Shown: piece after piece, positions 26,485 through 36,314 of the stretch
Layout: each line of letters opens with the position of its first letter
Position numbering within the stretch: the stretch's first letter is position 1
DNA from: a virus
Virus record (IMG/VR): IMGVR_UViG_3300045988_123588
Length of the DNA stretch: 64,000 bases
Direction: 5' to 3' (one strand)
Program-made: the position numbers and the translations under genes
Notes under the pieces: model-generated
Told to the model about the DNA's origin: nothing
Seen by the model: the letters and a program-made list of their open reading frames with translations, nothing else
The model's database searches: none

Positions 26485-27675
26485 ATGGCAAGGAAAACAA
26501 AAGCTGCTAGAAAATCAGGCAGTAAAAAGTTCAAGATACCAACACAAAATGAGATACTCAAGAAATATGGGTCATCTCTCCAGTTAAAGGCCAGTACTAT
26601 AAACCATCATGGTTTGTGGATTCCATCCACATTCTTTGCTCTCAACTATCAGATGGGTGGTGGTGTACCATTTGGTAAGATAATCGAGATAATGGGAGAA
26701 GAATCTTCAGGTAAATCCCTGATAGCTTACAACTTTGCTTATGCTGCACAACAACTCGGAGGTCATGTAATATGGGTGGATGCAGAACAGGCATGGATGA
26801 ACTCATGGGCAGAAGAAAATGGTTTGGACCCTGAACGAGTAACAGTACTAAATGACACCCGAATAGAAACTATATCGGATGCTATTGCTGATTTAGCAAT
26901 ATATTGGAGGTCTAAGTTAACCAACAATGAACCTATCATAGTTGTGATAGATTCAATAGCGGCCTTGGATTCTATTGAAGCCATTGATGCAAAAATGGCT
27001 GATAGCAAAGCCGAAATGGGAAACCGGGCAAAACAAATCTACAAGATGTTCCGAATAAGGAACGAATTGTTCTACCGGCTTGGAGTAACCATGGTATGTA
27101 TCAACCAGTTGCGCAGTAAACTGGGAGCAGGCTTTGGTCAAGATACCAGTACAACTCCGGGTGGGGCAGCACTCAAGTTTTATGCTTCAATACGATTAGC
27201 ATTCTACTCAGGTAAAACTCTTAAGATTAAGTATAAGGGTAAGGAAAGACGAGCAGGTAAATATGTAACTGTTCAGATGAAAAAGAATAAGGTATCTCCT
27301 CCTCGGGAAACCATATCCAAAGCCCCTATATACTTTAATCCAAAGTATCATGAAGTCGGCTTTGACAGATACTTCTGGTTAGAAGAGTCTTTGGAAGATG
27401 CCGGAGTAATAGAAAAGCTCGGTGGTGGAACCTATATGTTCGAAGGAAAGAAACTGTGTAGAGGAGAAGAGGCTTTCCATAGATTAATCGAGGAAGATGG
27501 TGAATTGAGGAAAAAGCTGTTAAAGGCTGCCGGAATAAACACCATAGGAACAACTAAGCGAAAGCTCAAGAAGATTACACGAAACATGTTCCCTGTTGAT
27601 GCAGACTTAGACTATGAATCTCAAATAGAATCTGAAGATGCAGAAGAAGAAGAATATATCCCGGATGAGGGGTAG
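26485..27675 (+). CDS. RecA/UvsX-family recombinase
   Basis: GKIIEIMGEESSGKSLIAYN (Walker A), IVVIDSIAAL (Walker B), acidic C-terminus. Confidence 0.85.
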   Translation: MARKTKAARKSGSKKFKIPTQNEILKKYGSSLQLKASTINHHGLWIPSTFFALNYQMGGGVPFGKIIEIMGEESSGKSLIAYNFAYAAQQLGGHVIWVDAEQAWMNSWAEENGLDPERVTVLNDTRIETISDAIADLAIYWRSKLTNNEPIIVVIDSIAALDSIEAIDAKMADSKAEMGNRAKQIYKMFRIRNELFYRLGVTMVCINQLRSKLGAGFGQDTSTTPGGAALKFYASIRLAFYSGKTLKIKYKGKERRAGKYVTVQMKKNKVSPPRETISKAPIYFNPKYHEVGFDRYFWLEESLEDAGVIEKLGGGTYMFEGKKLCRGEEAFHRLIEEDGELRKKLLKAAGINTIGTTKRKLKKITRNMFPVDADLDYESQIESEDAEEEEYIPDEG

Positions 27676-28585
27676 AAAACCGAGGATGCTTATGGTAGTG
27701 GACGGGAGTAATCTTGCTCACCGTTCATACCATAAGTTTAAGAATCTAAAAGCCAACAACGGAGTTGGTACAGGGTTGGTATATGGATTCTTAAGAATCT
27801 TAGGTTCATACCTAACAAGGTTTAAGCCCAGTCATGTAGTAATTACTTTCGATACTCAACAGAGCAAAGAGTCAAATTTCCGTAATGGTCTACTCGAAGG
27901 TTACAAAGCACATAGGAGTAAGATAAGTATGGATTATGAAGACTTCAATAAACAATTATCATTGTTGAGAAGGATTCTAAGATTACTCGGAGTTCAGATG
28001 ATTATTGATAGGAAGGGCCTGGGATATGAATCTGATGACTACATTGCTTGGTTGGCAATAAACCACCCAGGTAAATCTCTGATAATATCCTCTGATAAAG
28101 ACTTCTGTCAATTGCTTGATAAAAGAGTCAAGATATTCAATCCTAACAAAGATACCATAATCCTAAACCAAACCTGCAAGGATATCATGGGTTACTCTGC
28201 TGAGGAATGCGTTGACTACCTAATACTTAATGGAGATAAGTCAGATGATATCCCAGGTTATTACGGTATGGGAGAAGTGAAGACAAAAGCTTTCTTAAAA
28301 CAGTATGGGAGTATATCAGACTTCATAGATGCAGTCGGAGCAGAGTTCAAGGGTATTGAAAGGGACCAGCTAGAAGAGTTATACAAGAAGAACAAGCCTC
28401 TGATAGACTTGAGAACAGCATTAACTCTGCACCCAATCAAGAAAGTCCCTTGGGTAAAAGGATGTACTAATAATAAAAGGAAGGATAGGTTATTCATGGT
28501 ATTAGACAAGTTTAACCTTAGGTCTTTCAAGATACCCGATTTTTTGGAACCTTTCAAAAAACTACAACATTATGTACAACGGTAG
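27665..28585 (+). CDS. 5'-3' exonuclease / flap endonuclease (RNase H-like)
   Basis: MVVDGSNLAHRSYH, FDTQQS..FRN..YKAHR, ESDDYIA, SSDKDFCQL. The start could also be 27686. Confidence 0.85.
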   Translation: MRGRKPRMLMVVDGSNLAHRSYHKFKNLKANNGVGTGLVYGFLRILGSYLTRFKPSHVVITFDTQQSKESNFRNGLLEGYKAHRSKISMDYEDFNKQLSLLRRILRLLGVQMIIDRKGLGYESDDYIAWLAINHPGKSLIISSDKDFCQLLDKRVKIFNPNKDTIILNQTCKDIMGYSAEECVDYLILNGDKSDDIPGYYGMGEVKTKAFLKQYGSISDFIDAVGAEFKGIERDQLEELYKKNKPLIDLRTALTLHPIKKVPWVKGCTNNKRKDRLFMVLDKFNLRSFKIPDFLEPFKKLQHYVQR

Positions 28586-29234
28586 GAAATACCAAATCAT
28601 GTTCACCGGAGTTTCGGGAGTTGGAAAAACAACTATTGCCAAGGAAGTGGCAGATATGTTAAAGATACCTTTCATATCTGGGTCATATTCTGACTTGGTA
28701 CCTGAAACTAAAAACATGCCACATGCTGATATGATTCAGCAGGATGCCGAAACGGTATTCACACAGGATATGCAGGTACTTAATCTGCGTAACAAAGCTT
28801 TCAGGGGAGAAGATAGCTTTGTAACAGACAGGTCATACTTTGACTCAGCAGCATACTTTATCAATAAGCTATCACATAGGTTAGCTGAATGCGATTTAGA
28901 ACATGCTGTAGACTTATGTCGTATGTTACTTGGTCAACAATGTACTCATTTAATCTTCATACCTTTCTCAGCAAGATTTTTCAATGAGTGGGTAACAGAA
29001 GATAACGGTAAACGAGTACTATCAAAGTACTACCAATTCCAGGTATCACAGGTAATGTACGGACTACTTGACCTGTGGGGTTTCAAACTAGATTCAAATA
29101 TATTCCAGTATGTAAATGGTATTCCCAATACTGGTACATTGGATATCATGGGTTACAAGATTAAAGTCATGATATTGGATGAGATGAACTACGAAAAAAG
29201 GAAAAACCTTATCAACAAATTTCTTCAGTTATGA
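28572..29234 (+). CDS. P-loop nucleotide kinase-like protein (dNMP kinase or DNA-base kinase candidate)
   Basis: IMFTGVSGVGKTTIAKEVA Walker A; TDRSYFDSAAYF resembles the dNK/NadR-type kinase motif. Confidence 0.5.
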   Translation: MYNGRKYQIMFTGVSGVGKTTIAKEVADMLKIPFISGSYSDLVPETKNMPHADMIQQDAETVFTQDMQVLNLRNKAFRGEDSFVTDRSYFDSAAYFINKLSHRLAECDLEHAVDLCRMLLGQQCTHLIFIPFSARFFNEWVTEDNGKRVLSKYYQFQVSQVMYGLLDLWGFKLDSNIFQYVNGIPNTGTLDIMGYKIKVMILDEMNYEKRKNLINKFLQL

Positions 29235-30193
29235 AGGTGATAGGTATAGCATTCTCTGATTTGCACTTAGGAGAGTATTCTAAGTTCAATGAGGATAACA
29301 AGAGGACCCTAAGTATTTTCAGGGTCCTCTCTTTGATTAAAGACTTATGTATTAAGTATAAATGCCCGGCATTCTTTTGCGGGGATTTTATGCACCGTCC
29401 AGAATATATAAGTACTTCACTTGATGAAATTATAATTGAACAGTTCGAAGAGTTAAATAGGTGTAACGAATTTAACATATATGGTATATCCGGAAACCAT
29501 GACCTACAGAAAAGTAACTCTATAACTAATCAATCACCTTCTCATTGGGCAAACTTATGTCGCAGATATTCATTCTTACATAATCTGGATTTCTCTTACC
29601 ATGAGTTTGATAAGTTCAGAGTAGTAGGTATTCCCTACTTAGACCACAACAAAGGGTTGGATGGGCTGATAAAAGCAGAGTTGAAAGAAGCTATGTTAAA
29701 GCCTACAATCCTATTATTACATACTGATTATCCTGGGGCTAAAGATACCGACAATACTGAAGTTGGAACAGTAGAGAATTTGAATGTGAATTTACTATCT
29801 AAATTCAAATTGGTATTGATAGGTCATATACATAAACCTCAAAGACTTGGGAAAAAGATATACATGGTAGGAGCTCCCCTACAACAGAGGAGAACAGACC
29901 GTAATTGTAAACTTGGATATTGGAAGATATATGAGGACTTCTCAATGGAATTCAAGCCATTCAAAGGCTTTCCTAAATTTGTGGATGTATCATCAGAGGA
30001 TGAAATTAGGGATGATGGTAATTATTATACTGTCATTGCTAGCAAGTCTCGGATTGTGGCGGTGGAAGATACCCCGCAAATAACTCGGGAACTTACTAAG
30101 AAAACAATGGTAAGGAGATATATGAGAGCAAAAGGTATAAAAGACCAAAATAAAAAGGCCACATTGTTAAAAGTAATCAAGGAAGCAGAATGA
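29231..30193 (+). CDS. Mre11/SbcD (T4 gp47-like) nuclease
   Basis: Phosphoesterase motifs DLHLG, GDFMHR, GNHD, LLLHTD, GHIH. Confidence 0.85.
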   Translation: MKVIGIAFSDLHLGEYSKFNEDNKRTLSIFRVLSLIKDLCIKYKCPAFFCGDFMHRPEYISTSLDEIIIEQFEELNRCNEFNIYGISGNHDLQKSNSITNQSPSHWANLCRRYSFLHNLDFSYHEFDKFRVVGIPYLDHNKGLDGLIKAELKEAMLKPTILLLHTDYPGAKDTDNTEVGTVENLNVNLLSKFKLVLIGHIHKPQRLGKKIYMVGAPLQQRRTDRNCKLGYWKIYEDFSMEFKPFKGFPKFVDVSSEDEIRDDGNYYTVIASKSRIVAVEDTPQITRELTKKTMVRRYMRAKGIKDQNKKATLLKVIKEAE

Positions 30194-31905
30194 TACAGTT
30201 TGGTAATATTATAATCGAGGGCTTCTGTTCTATATCTCACTTGGAACTAAATCTAAGCTCAAAGGGGATAACTGTAATTAGAGGGGCAACAGGAGAGGGT
30301 AAGACTACAATCTTATCAGCTTTAGTTTGGGGTGCTTATGGTAAGAATCTAAAGGGTAAATCAGATGTAAATACTTGGGAGAAGTATCGACCCAAATCCT
30401 ATCAGGGAACCAAGGTAGAAATATACTTTGGTAAGAATGGTAAAACTCATAAGATAACCCGATGCCTTAAGTATAAAGGTGAAGTGAATGGAGCCAAAGG
30501 TAAAGATAGACTTATATATGAGATAGATGCTGTTGAAGTACAAGAGAAAAGTAAGGGGGAGATACAGGCGCTTATAATCGCTGATTTAGGTATGTCGTAT
30601 AGCCTTTTTATGAATTCAGTACTATTCGGTCAGGGTATGAAAAGACTGATACAAGAATCTTCTTCAGACAAGAAAGAATTGTTTGAGGAAATTTTTGAGT
30701 TGGAATACATATCTAAAGCCAGAGATATTGCTAAGGGTTACTATACTGAAGCTCTGAAAGAGTATCAGAATATCTCTCAAAGATATAGAACCTTAGAGGA
30801 TAAGAAACAGTCAGTTCAAAGGATGGTTGATGACCTAAAGAAACAGGCCAATACCGTGAAAGATGACATATCTTCAAAGGTTAAAGTTCTTGAGAAGAAA
30901 TTATCACTGCTAGCTAAGGCAAAAAAATCAAATGAGCTTAAGGAGACAGTAACTCAGAAAAACCGAATAGAACAAAAGTTATCAGATGCAAAAGATAGTC
31001 AAAGGGATATTATCAATAAGATAAATGATGCCAAGAAGAAAACTAAGGTATCTCTAGAAGAGTTCATTGAAGGAATAATAAAGTTATTGAAGAGGGGTGA
31101 TATTAAGAACTCTTTGAAACGCCTAATAGAAGTAAAGAAAGCCTTCGGAGACATTGAAAGGTTACAGGGTAAATATTCCAAGATATCCGACAGGATATCT
31201 GGTTATCGAGATGAACTGGAAGAACTTAGAGATAAGGAATACGAAGTAAAGAAGATACAAAGAGAGATAGAACAAGTAGAATCAGAAATCAAAAGGTTAT
31301 CTTCAGAAAGGCGGGTAGGAGTGAATAAGGGGTTAATAACCAAATATAAAGCCCAGCTTTCAACCTTAACCAAGAAATTATCAACCATAGGAGAGAAAAT
31401 GGAAAGCCAGAAAGAAAAGGTTGATAATTACAAATGGGTAATGGATGACCCTCTTGGGAATAGAGGTATAAAAGCATTCCTATTCGAGAGCTCCATGGAT
31501 ATTCTGAATGAAACACTTGAATCATACTCTGATGTACTTGGGTTCAATATCTTATTCTATGTAGATATACAAGGAGTAAAGAAGGATTTTAATACCCAGA
31601 TAATTATGGATGGTATAGAAGTATCATATGAGGAGTTATCTGGTGGTCAGAAGCAATTAGTAAACTTAGCTATGGCCTTTGCAATGAATGAAGTGATGAC
31701 CAAAGCTAAGGGATTAAATATAGCTTTCTTGGATGAGGTATTTGAAAACCTTAGTTCAGAATACGTAGAATTAGTTATAGGGTTAATTCGCAAGATATAT
31801 AAGGATAAAACCCTATATCTCATATCCCACCAGGAATCATTGCCAATTCCTAATGCCAGGGTGCTTACTGTGACCAGAGAAAGAGGCCTTTCACAATACC
31901 ACTAA
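30190..31905 (+). CDS. Rad50/SbcC (T4 gp46-like) ATPase
   Basis: Walker A GATGEGKTT, long coiled-coil middle, signature LSGGQKQ, Walker B IAFLDEVF. Confidence 0.85.
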   Translation: MIQFGNIIIEGFCSISHLELNLSSKGITVIRGATGEGKTTILSALVWGAYGKNLKGKSDVNTWEKYRPKSYQGTKVEIYFGKNGKTHKITRCLKYKGEVNGAKGKDRLIYEIDAVEVQEKSKGEIQALIIADLGMSYSLFMNSVLFGQGMKRLIQESSSDKKELFEEIFELEYISKARDIAKGYYTEALKEYQNISQRYRTLEDKKQSVQRMVDDLKKQANTVKDDISSKVKVLEKKLSLLAKAKKSNELKETVTQKNRIEQKLSDAKDSQRDIINKINDAKKKTKVSLEEFIEGIIKLLKRGDIKNSLKRLIEVKKAFGDIERLQGKYSKISDRISGYRDELEELRDKEYEVKKIQREIEQVESEIKRLSSERRVGVNKGLITKYKAQLSTLTKKLSTIGEKMESQKEKVDNYKWVMDDPLGNRGIKAFLFESSMDILNETLESYSDVLGFNILFYVDIQGVKKDFNTQIIMDGIEVSYEELSGGQKQLVNLAMAFAMNEVMTKAKGLNIAFLDEVFENLSSEYVELVIGLIRKIYKDKTLYLISHQESLPIPNARVLTVTRERGLSQYH

Positions 31906-32459
31906 TGACTATTGGTATTAAACACTATCAAAACATGAGAAAGAACAGTCGAAACAAAGGAAGCAGGTTCGAGCGTACTATAGCAAAGGCCTGGGAATCC
32001 TGGACAGGATATAAATTCTCTAGAACTCCAGGTTCAGGAGGATGGGCAAAGGCTAAGGATGCTATGGGAGATTTGGTATGTACTGATGAGAAACACTCAC
32101 GTCGCTTCCCATTCTCAATCGAATGCAAAAACTATCAGGATATTAAGTTCGAACATATACTACTGGGACTTAAGAGCTGTAAAATTATATCTTTTTGGGA
32201 ACAGGCTACAAAGGATGCTAAACGTGCAGGAAAAATACCCATACTTATCATGCGGTATAATTCTATGCCAAAAGGTGAAGCTTTCTTTATTGTGGAAGCT
32301 GGGAAAATAGATTCGTTCCTTATGAACAATTGTTCAGAACTTTCCCGAATGGAGATAAAAACCCCGAAAGTACATTTAGCCGTGTATATGTTCAAAGAAA
32401 TTCAACGATTGGTAACATATTCAGACGTATTCAAATACGCTCGTAAATTGAACAAGTAA
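31905..32459 (+). CDS. PD-(D/E)xK nuclease, Hjc-like Holliday junction resolvase candidate
   Basis: KGSRFERTIAKAW ... GDLVC ... SIECK pattern, as in archaeal Hjc. Confidence 0.5.
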   Translation: MTIGIKHYQNMRKNSRNKGSRFERTIAKAWESWTGYKFSRTPGSGGWAKAKDAMGDLVCTDEKHSRRFPFSIECKNYQDIKFEHILLGLKSCKIISFWEQATKDAKRAGKIPILIMRYNSMPKGEAFFIVEAGKIDSFLMNNCSELSRMEIKTPKVHLAVYMFKEIQRLVTYSDVFKYARKLNK

Positions 32460-32460
32460 T

Positions 32461-33171
32461 ATGAAGACCCCCTATATATACTGTATATTCAGACTTGACA
32501 GGAAATTCTACAAAAGAATCAACTCGGATTTGAAATGTAGGGGGTACAAACATGTGAAGGCCATAGTACCAACTATAAGTGTACTCAAGAAGTCACGAAA
32601 AGGTAATAATGAGTACGAGGATGTACCATTACTGTTCAACTATGGATTCATAAAGATGAAGCCTGAAAAAGCCTTTGACAGATATTACCTAAACAAATTA
32701 AAGAAAGATATCCCAGGTATAATATCATTCATGAAGTCTTTGGATTACAGACCTAAGAGAAAGAGGTTGAGAGTAGATAATGCCGAAGACTTTGATGATT
32801 ATTCGGTAGTAGCCACTATAACTAAGGAAGAGGTAAAGAAATATCGTAGAATGTCTCGAGCAAATAAGATATTCTCGGTAAGTGATATTACCAGAGTTGC
32901 TATTGGAGATTATGTTGTATTAAGGGGATATCCATTCGAGGGGATACCAGCCATTATACTTGAAAGTAATCTTACTACAAAGATGATGCTGGTAAAGCTA
33001 TACCCCGAAATGAACGGTAGTTTAGAGATAGAAGTACCAATGGAGAATGTACTTTACTCAGCCTACCACGAATCGGATGAATATAAAATGTACTCAGCCG
33101 ATTATGAGGTAGATTTATCTCAAATTCCCGATGGTAGTACTGAAGAGATTCTAATGAACAAACAATACTAA
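32461..33171 (+). CDS. NusG/RfaH (UpxY-like) transcription elongation / antitermination factor
   Basis: NGN-like YIYCIFRLDR...VPLLFNYGFIKM and KOW-like IGDYVVLRGYPFEGIPAIILE, collinear with E. coli RfaH. Confidence 0.6.
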   Translation: MKTPYIYCIFRLDRKFYKRINSDLKCRGYKHVKAIVPTISVLKKSRKGNNEYEDVPLLFNYGFIKMKPEKAFDRYYLNKLKKDIPGIISFMKSLDYRPKRKRLRVDNAEDFDDYSVVATITKEEVKKYRRMSRANKIFSVSDITRVAIGDYVVLRGYPFEGIPAIILESNLTTKMMLVKLYPEMNGSLEIEVPMENVLYSAYHESDEYKMYSADYEVDLSQIPDGSTEEILMNKQY

Positions 33172-33172
33172 C

Positions 33173-34102
33173 ATGGAACGACATCAAGAATTGGCTTGGG
33201 ATTGTTTGACCGAGCAAGAGAGGGCCAGCCTTATGTTTATACAAGGCAAGGGTCTATCAACTTGGGAAGCTGGAGAAATTCTCAAGATGTCTCATTACAA
33301 GTACTTAGAATTAAAGGCAAGAGCTGAGAAATTCTTCAAACTATTCTCCGATTACTTTGAATTACATCCTTCACTGGTAAATCCTCAATCTCCCATAGAA
33401 CCTCGATTTAGGGATTACCTATTTGGGGCTATGGTTAAAAGACTGCCCAAAGAGGAAGCTAAAATACATTCAGGAGATTCTTCTTGGTTATTGACTTCTA
33501 TAACTAATCCCCGTATCATAAAGAATATGAAAAGGCTGAAAGAATCAGAGAATAAATGGGACAAAGACCTTTATGCTCTGATTCTTGAGTTTGATAGGTG
33601 GAATAACTATCGAATAATGCCCCGGGTATTGCAAGCTCCAACTGCATATAAGAGGAGGTCTACAAAAAAAGATAAGGTATATCTGTCTTACTTACATCGA
33701 ATACCCGACTTCAAGATAAGGCAGTTAATAACTGAGTATTGGAAAAACGGTCCCTCAAGTAGAAGATACTTTACAGCTATTGTATCAGAAGAACTCTTTC
33801 CTGAAGAAGGTTATGGAGTAATGCCCATTAAGCGAGAGGATGATATAGTTAAGGCAATAACAGATCTAAGAATATACATATTCGAGAGTCAAACCATTGC
33901 AGACACATTTGGATTATTGGCAACCCAATACTTTGAAAAAACCGTGGATAGTAAAGGGGGCTTGAAGTTCTGGAAAGAGTACAGGGAGGTCATACAGAAA
34001 GCTATTAACTACAAATCAATAAATAATATGGATTTTACTTGTGAGACTCTAGATACAGCCTATAAGTTACGCAGAAAAAGAACCTTGAAATCGAACTCTT
34101 AG
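33173..34102 (+). CDS. HTH (sigma region-4/LuxR-like) regulator candidate
   Basis: N-terminal LTEQERASLMFIQGKGLSTWEAGEILKMSHYKYLELKARAEKF. Confidence 0.4.
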   Translation: MERHQELAWDCLTEQERASLMFIQGKGLSTWEAGEILKMSHYKYLELKARAEKFFKLFSDYFELHPSLVNPQSPIEPRFRDYLFGAMVKRLPKEEAKIHSGDSSWLLTSITNPRIIKNMKRLKESENKWDKDLYALILEFDRWNNYRIMPRVLQAPTAYKRRSTKKDKVYLSYLHRIPDFKIRQLITEYWKNGPSSRRYFTAIVSEELFPEEGYGVMPIKREDDIVKAITDLRIYIFESQTIADTFGLLATQYFEKTVDSKGGLKFWKEYREVIQKAINYKSINNMDFTCETLDTAYKLRRKRTLKSNS

Positions 34103-34119
34103 AATTTTTATACAAATAT

Positions 34120-34150
34120 TTTGCAACTTCAAGAAATTTGATTATATTTG
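34120..34150 (+). promoter_or_regulatory. Bacteroidota-type promoter (-33 TTTG, 19 nt, -7 TATATTTG)
   Basis: TTTGCA at 34120, TATATTTG at 34143-34150. The 28 nt 34143-34170 are identical to 41798-41825. Confidence 0.65.
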
Positions 34151-34190
34151 CAATAGGAAATAAGAAATAAAATTTTATACCTATATAAAT

Positions 34191-34757
34191 ATGCGCAAAA
34201 GTAAGAAAAAAGACAAAAGACCGTTAAAGCTTAACAAGGAAAAGCTAAAGGTCATGGGAAGTGGGTTAGAAAATATGACCTACAAGGACATGAAGAGAAG
34301 AGCAGTTTCTCTCGGCATGCCATTCCCCGATGCTTGTTCAGCTGATTACAATGGACTATCATCATGGATTCACCATTCGGATAATAAGCCGGACAATGCT
34401 CTTATCGATGAATATGATAAGTGGATGGACCAGCAATTAGAACTTGCTGGATATCCCAAGGATGACCCAATGAGGAATTATCAACTCAATCTTGGGTTCA
34501 TCGGTGAAGATGCAGTCACTAAGCAGAAAAAGACCAAACGGGTAAAGGGGTTGGAAAAACCCAAAAAGCCGAAGAAAGAGAAGGATGACAATGGTCTTTG
34601 GAAAGGAACTAAGAAATCCTACGTATTCGAATTAACCTATAAAGGGTTGTCAATCGATAGAATCACCCGGAGAGTGCAAAAGAGATTCCCAGACGCCAAG
34701 GAAAAATCCATTCAGCAATGGTATCGGGCAGCACTCCGTAAACAAAAGAAAGAGTAA
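34191..34757 (+). CDS. Lys-rich hypothetical protein
   Basis: 188 aa, basic N- and C-termini. Confidence 0.55.
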   Translation: MRKSKKKDKRPLKLNKEKLKVMGSGLENMTYKDMKRRAVSLGMPFPDACSADYNGLSSWIHHSDNKPDNALIDEYDKWMDQQLELAGYPKDDPMRNYQLNLGFIGEDAVTKQKKTKRVKGLEKPKKPKKEKDDNGLWKGTKKSYVFELTYKGLSIDRITRRVQKRFPDAKEKSIQQWYRAALRKQKKE

Positions 34758-34762
34758 ATACC

Positions 34763-35590
34763 ATGCCACGAGTTTATAGGTTTAAGAATGATGATGACTT
34801 CGAGGAATCCTGTTACAGATTAGGAATACCGTGGGTACCTCCTCAGATTATAAAGTTAAGCCGAAGAAGAAAACAAGAGTGGCAAAGGAAAGTACTCTGT
34901 GGAAAAATCAAGGTTCATAAATATAGGGAAAGGAATAAACGCTTTCTAGATAGATACCGGGAATGCTTAAAAGAAGCTACCAGGATTAACGGAGTAGTAG
35001 ACCCTGATTCTCTACCTCCAGATGTAAGAGCATACTTCTTGGAAAAGAAGAGGAGGAGAGAATACCATAGGAGATTCGGAAAAGTTATCAAAGAAAGGGA
35101 CTTAAAGATCTACCTTCATAAATGGTATCCATGGTCTTATAATTACAAAGGAGAACCAGCAGTAGTATTACAAGGATTCTACTCTTTGAAGGCAGCCAGA
35201 AAAAGGTTTTTAACTTATTATGGCAGGGAGAATCTGAAAGCAGTGCATTGGATAAAAGGGAAAACAGCATTAGAGAAGAAGTTTGTTATAGGTCAATCTC
35301 TACTAATTGCTGGGAGAAGAAAAAAGCCAATATCTAAGATACTGTTAACCGAGGTATACAGGAACTCAAAATCTTCAGCCCAAAGGGAGTTAGGGAAAAG
35401 AATTGCTCGGAAAAAGAGACTCGGCTCTCAACAGAAAGAAAAGTACTTTTTGAACTTGGTAGATAAGTTTAATTATGGAACAAAAGAATATAGAACTGTT
35501 CTCAAGCCTATTCCAGAAAAGCTTATTAAGCTATCGAAGGCTAAAGAGATTGAGTCCAAAAGAAAGAAGGCTCTTTACGAAGAAGAGTGA
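34763..35590 (+). CDS. Arg/Lys-rich hypothetical protein
   Basis: 275 aa, strongly basic. Confidence 0.55.
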   Translation: MPRVYRFKNDDDFEESCYRLGIPWVPPQIIKLSRRRKQEWQRKVLCGKIKVHKYRERNKRFLDRYRECLKEATRINGVVDPDSLPPDVRAYFLEKKRRREYHRRFGKVIKERDLKIYLHKWYPWSYNYKGEPAVVLQGFYSLKAARKRFLTYYGRENLKAVHWIKGKTALEKKFVIGQSLLIAGRRKKPISKILLTEVYRNSKSSAQRELGKRIARKKRLGSQQKEKYFLNLVDKFNYGTKEYRTVLKPIPEKLIKLSKAKEIESKRKKALYEEE

Positions 35591-36017
35591 TTTAACTTGG
35601 GACCAATTGAAAGTGGCATTAGCATATAGGGCTATAACCAAACGTTCTGCTATTAGTTCCATAAGATGGACTAAAAGACATTGGTCAGAATATCAAGAGG
35701 CAGTACTAAGAAGGTTAGGTGGAATGCCTATGGTGAGAAGAAGACTCGAACCGAAGTTTATTCTCAAAGAACTATTAACCCAGGGATTTGTACCAATATC
35801 CCAGTTCAAGATGAAAACTAAAACTGGATGGTATGCCTATATAATAACTAACCAAAAGGTATGCGGAGAACACTATATTTATCCTGAACACTTTGCTCAT
35901 GATTATCGAGCAAATAAAAAAGGTCACCGATATATAAGCGAAGCTTTTTCAGGGATAGGACAAGAAGGATATACGAGAATCTATTATACAGCATATAAAA
36001 ACGGTTATGCAAAATGA
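35475..36017 (+). CDS. hypothetical basic protein, start uncertain
   Basis: ORF overlaps the previous gene by 116 nt in the +1 frame. There is no internal ATG until MPMVRRR. Confidence 0.4.
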   Translation: MEQKNIELFSSLFQKSLLSYRRLKRLSPKERRLFTKKSDLTWDQLKVALAYRAITKRSAISSIRWTKRHWSEYQEAVLRRLGGMPMVRRRLEPKFILKELLTQGFVPISQFKMKTKTGWYAYIITNQKVCGEHYIYPEHFAHDYRANKKGHRYISEAFSGIGQEGYTRIYYTAYKNGYAK

Positions 36018-36274
36018 CAGTAGTAAATAAAAGGGAGCCCGAAAACCCCTGGGACGGAGTAAAACTCATAGTGGGAGTCAAAAGGTATTATACCGAAAAT
36101 GATAATGCGGTGGATGATACCTACACTCAGGAAGGTGAACCTTTTGAAGTAAAAAATCAGAATGAGTTCACTCAGAAAGTAGAAGCTATCAGGGATAAAA
36201 ACGTATTCTTGAAAGCTATGGCAGTCCAAGAAAATAGAGAGATATACACTCAAAAGTTTATCACGAAACTATAA
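36014..36274 (+). CDS. hypothetical protein
   Basis: 86 aa, ATGA overlap. Confidence 0.5.
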   Translation: MTVVNKREPENPWDGVKLIVGVKRYYTENDNAVDDTYTQEGEPFEVKNQNEFTQKVEAIRDKNVFLKAMAVQENREIYTQKFITKL

Positions 36275-36314
36275 TCAATCAAACATTTTTTAAACACCTT
36301 TAATCAATTTAATT

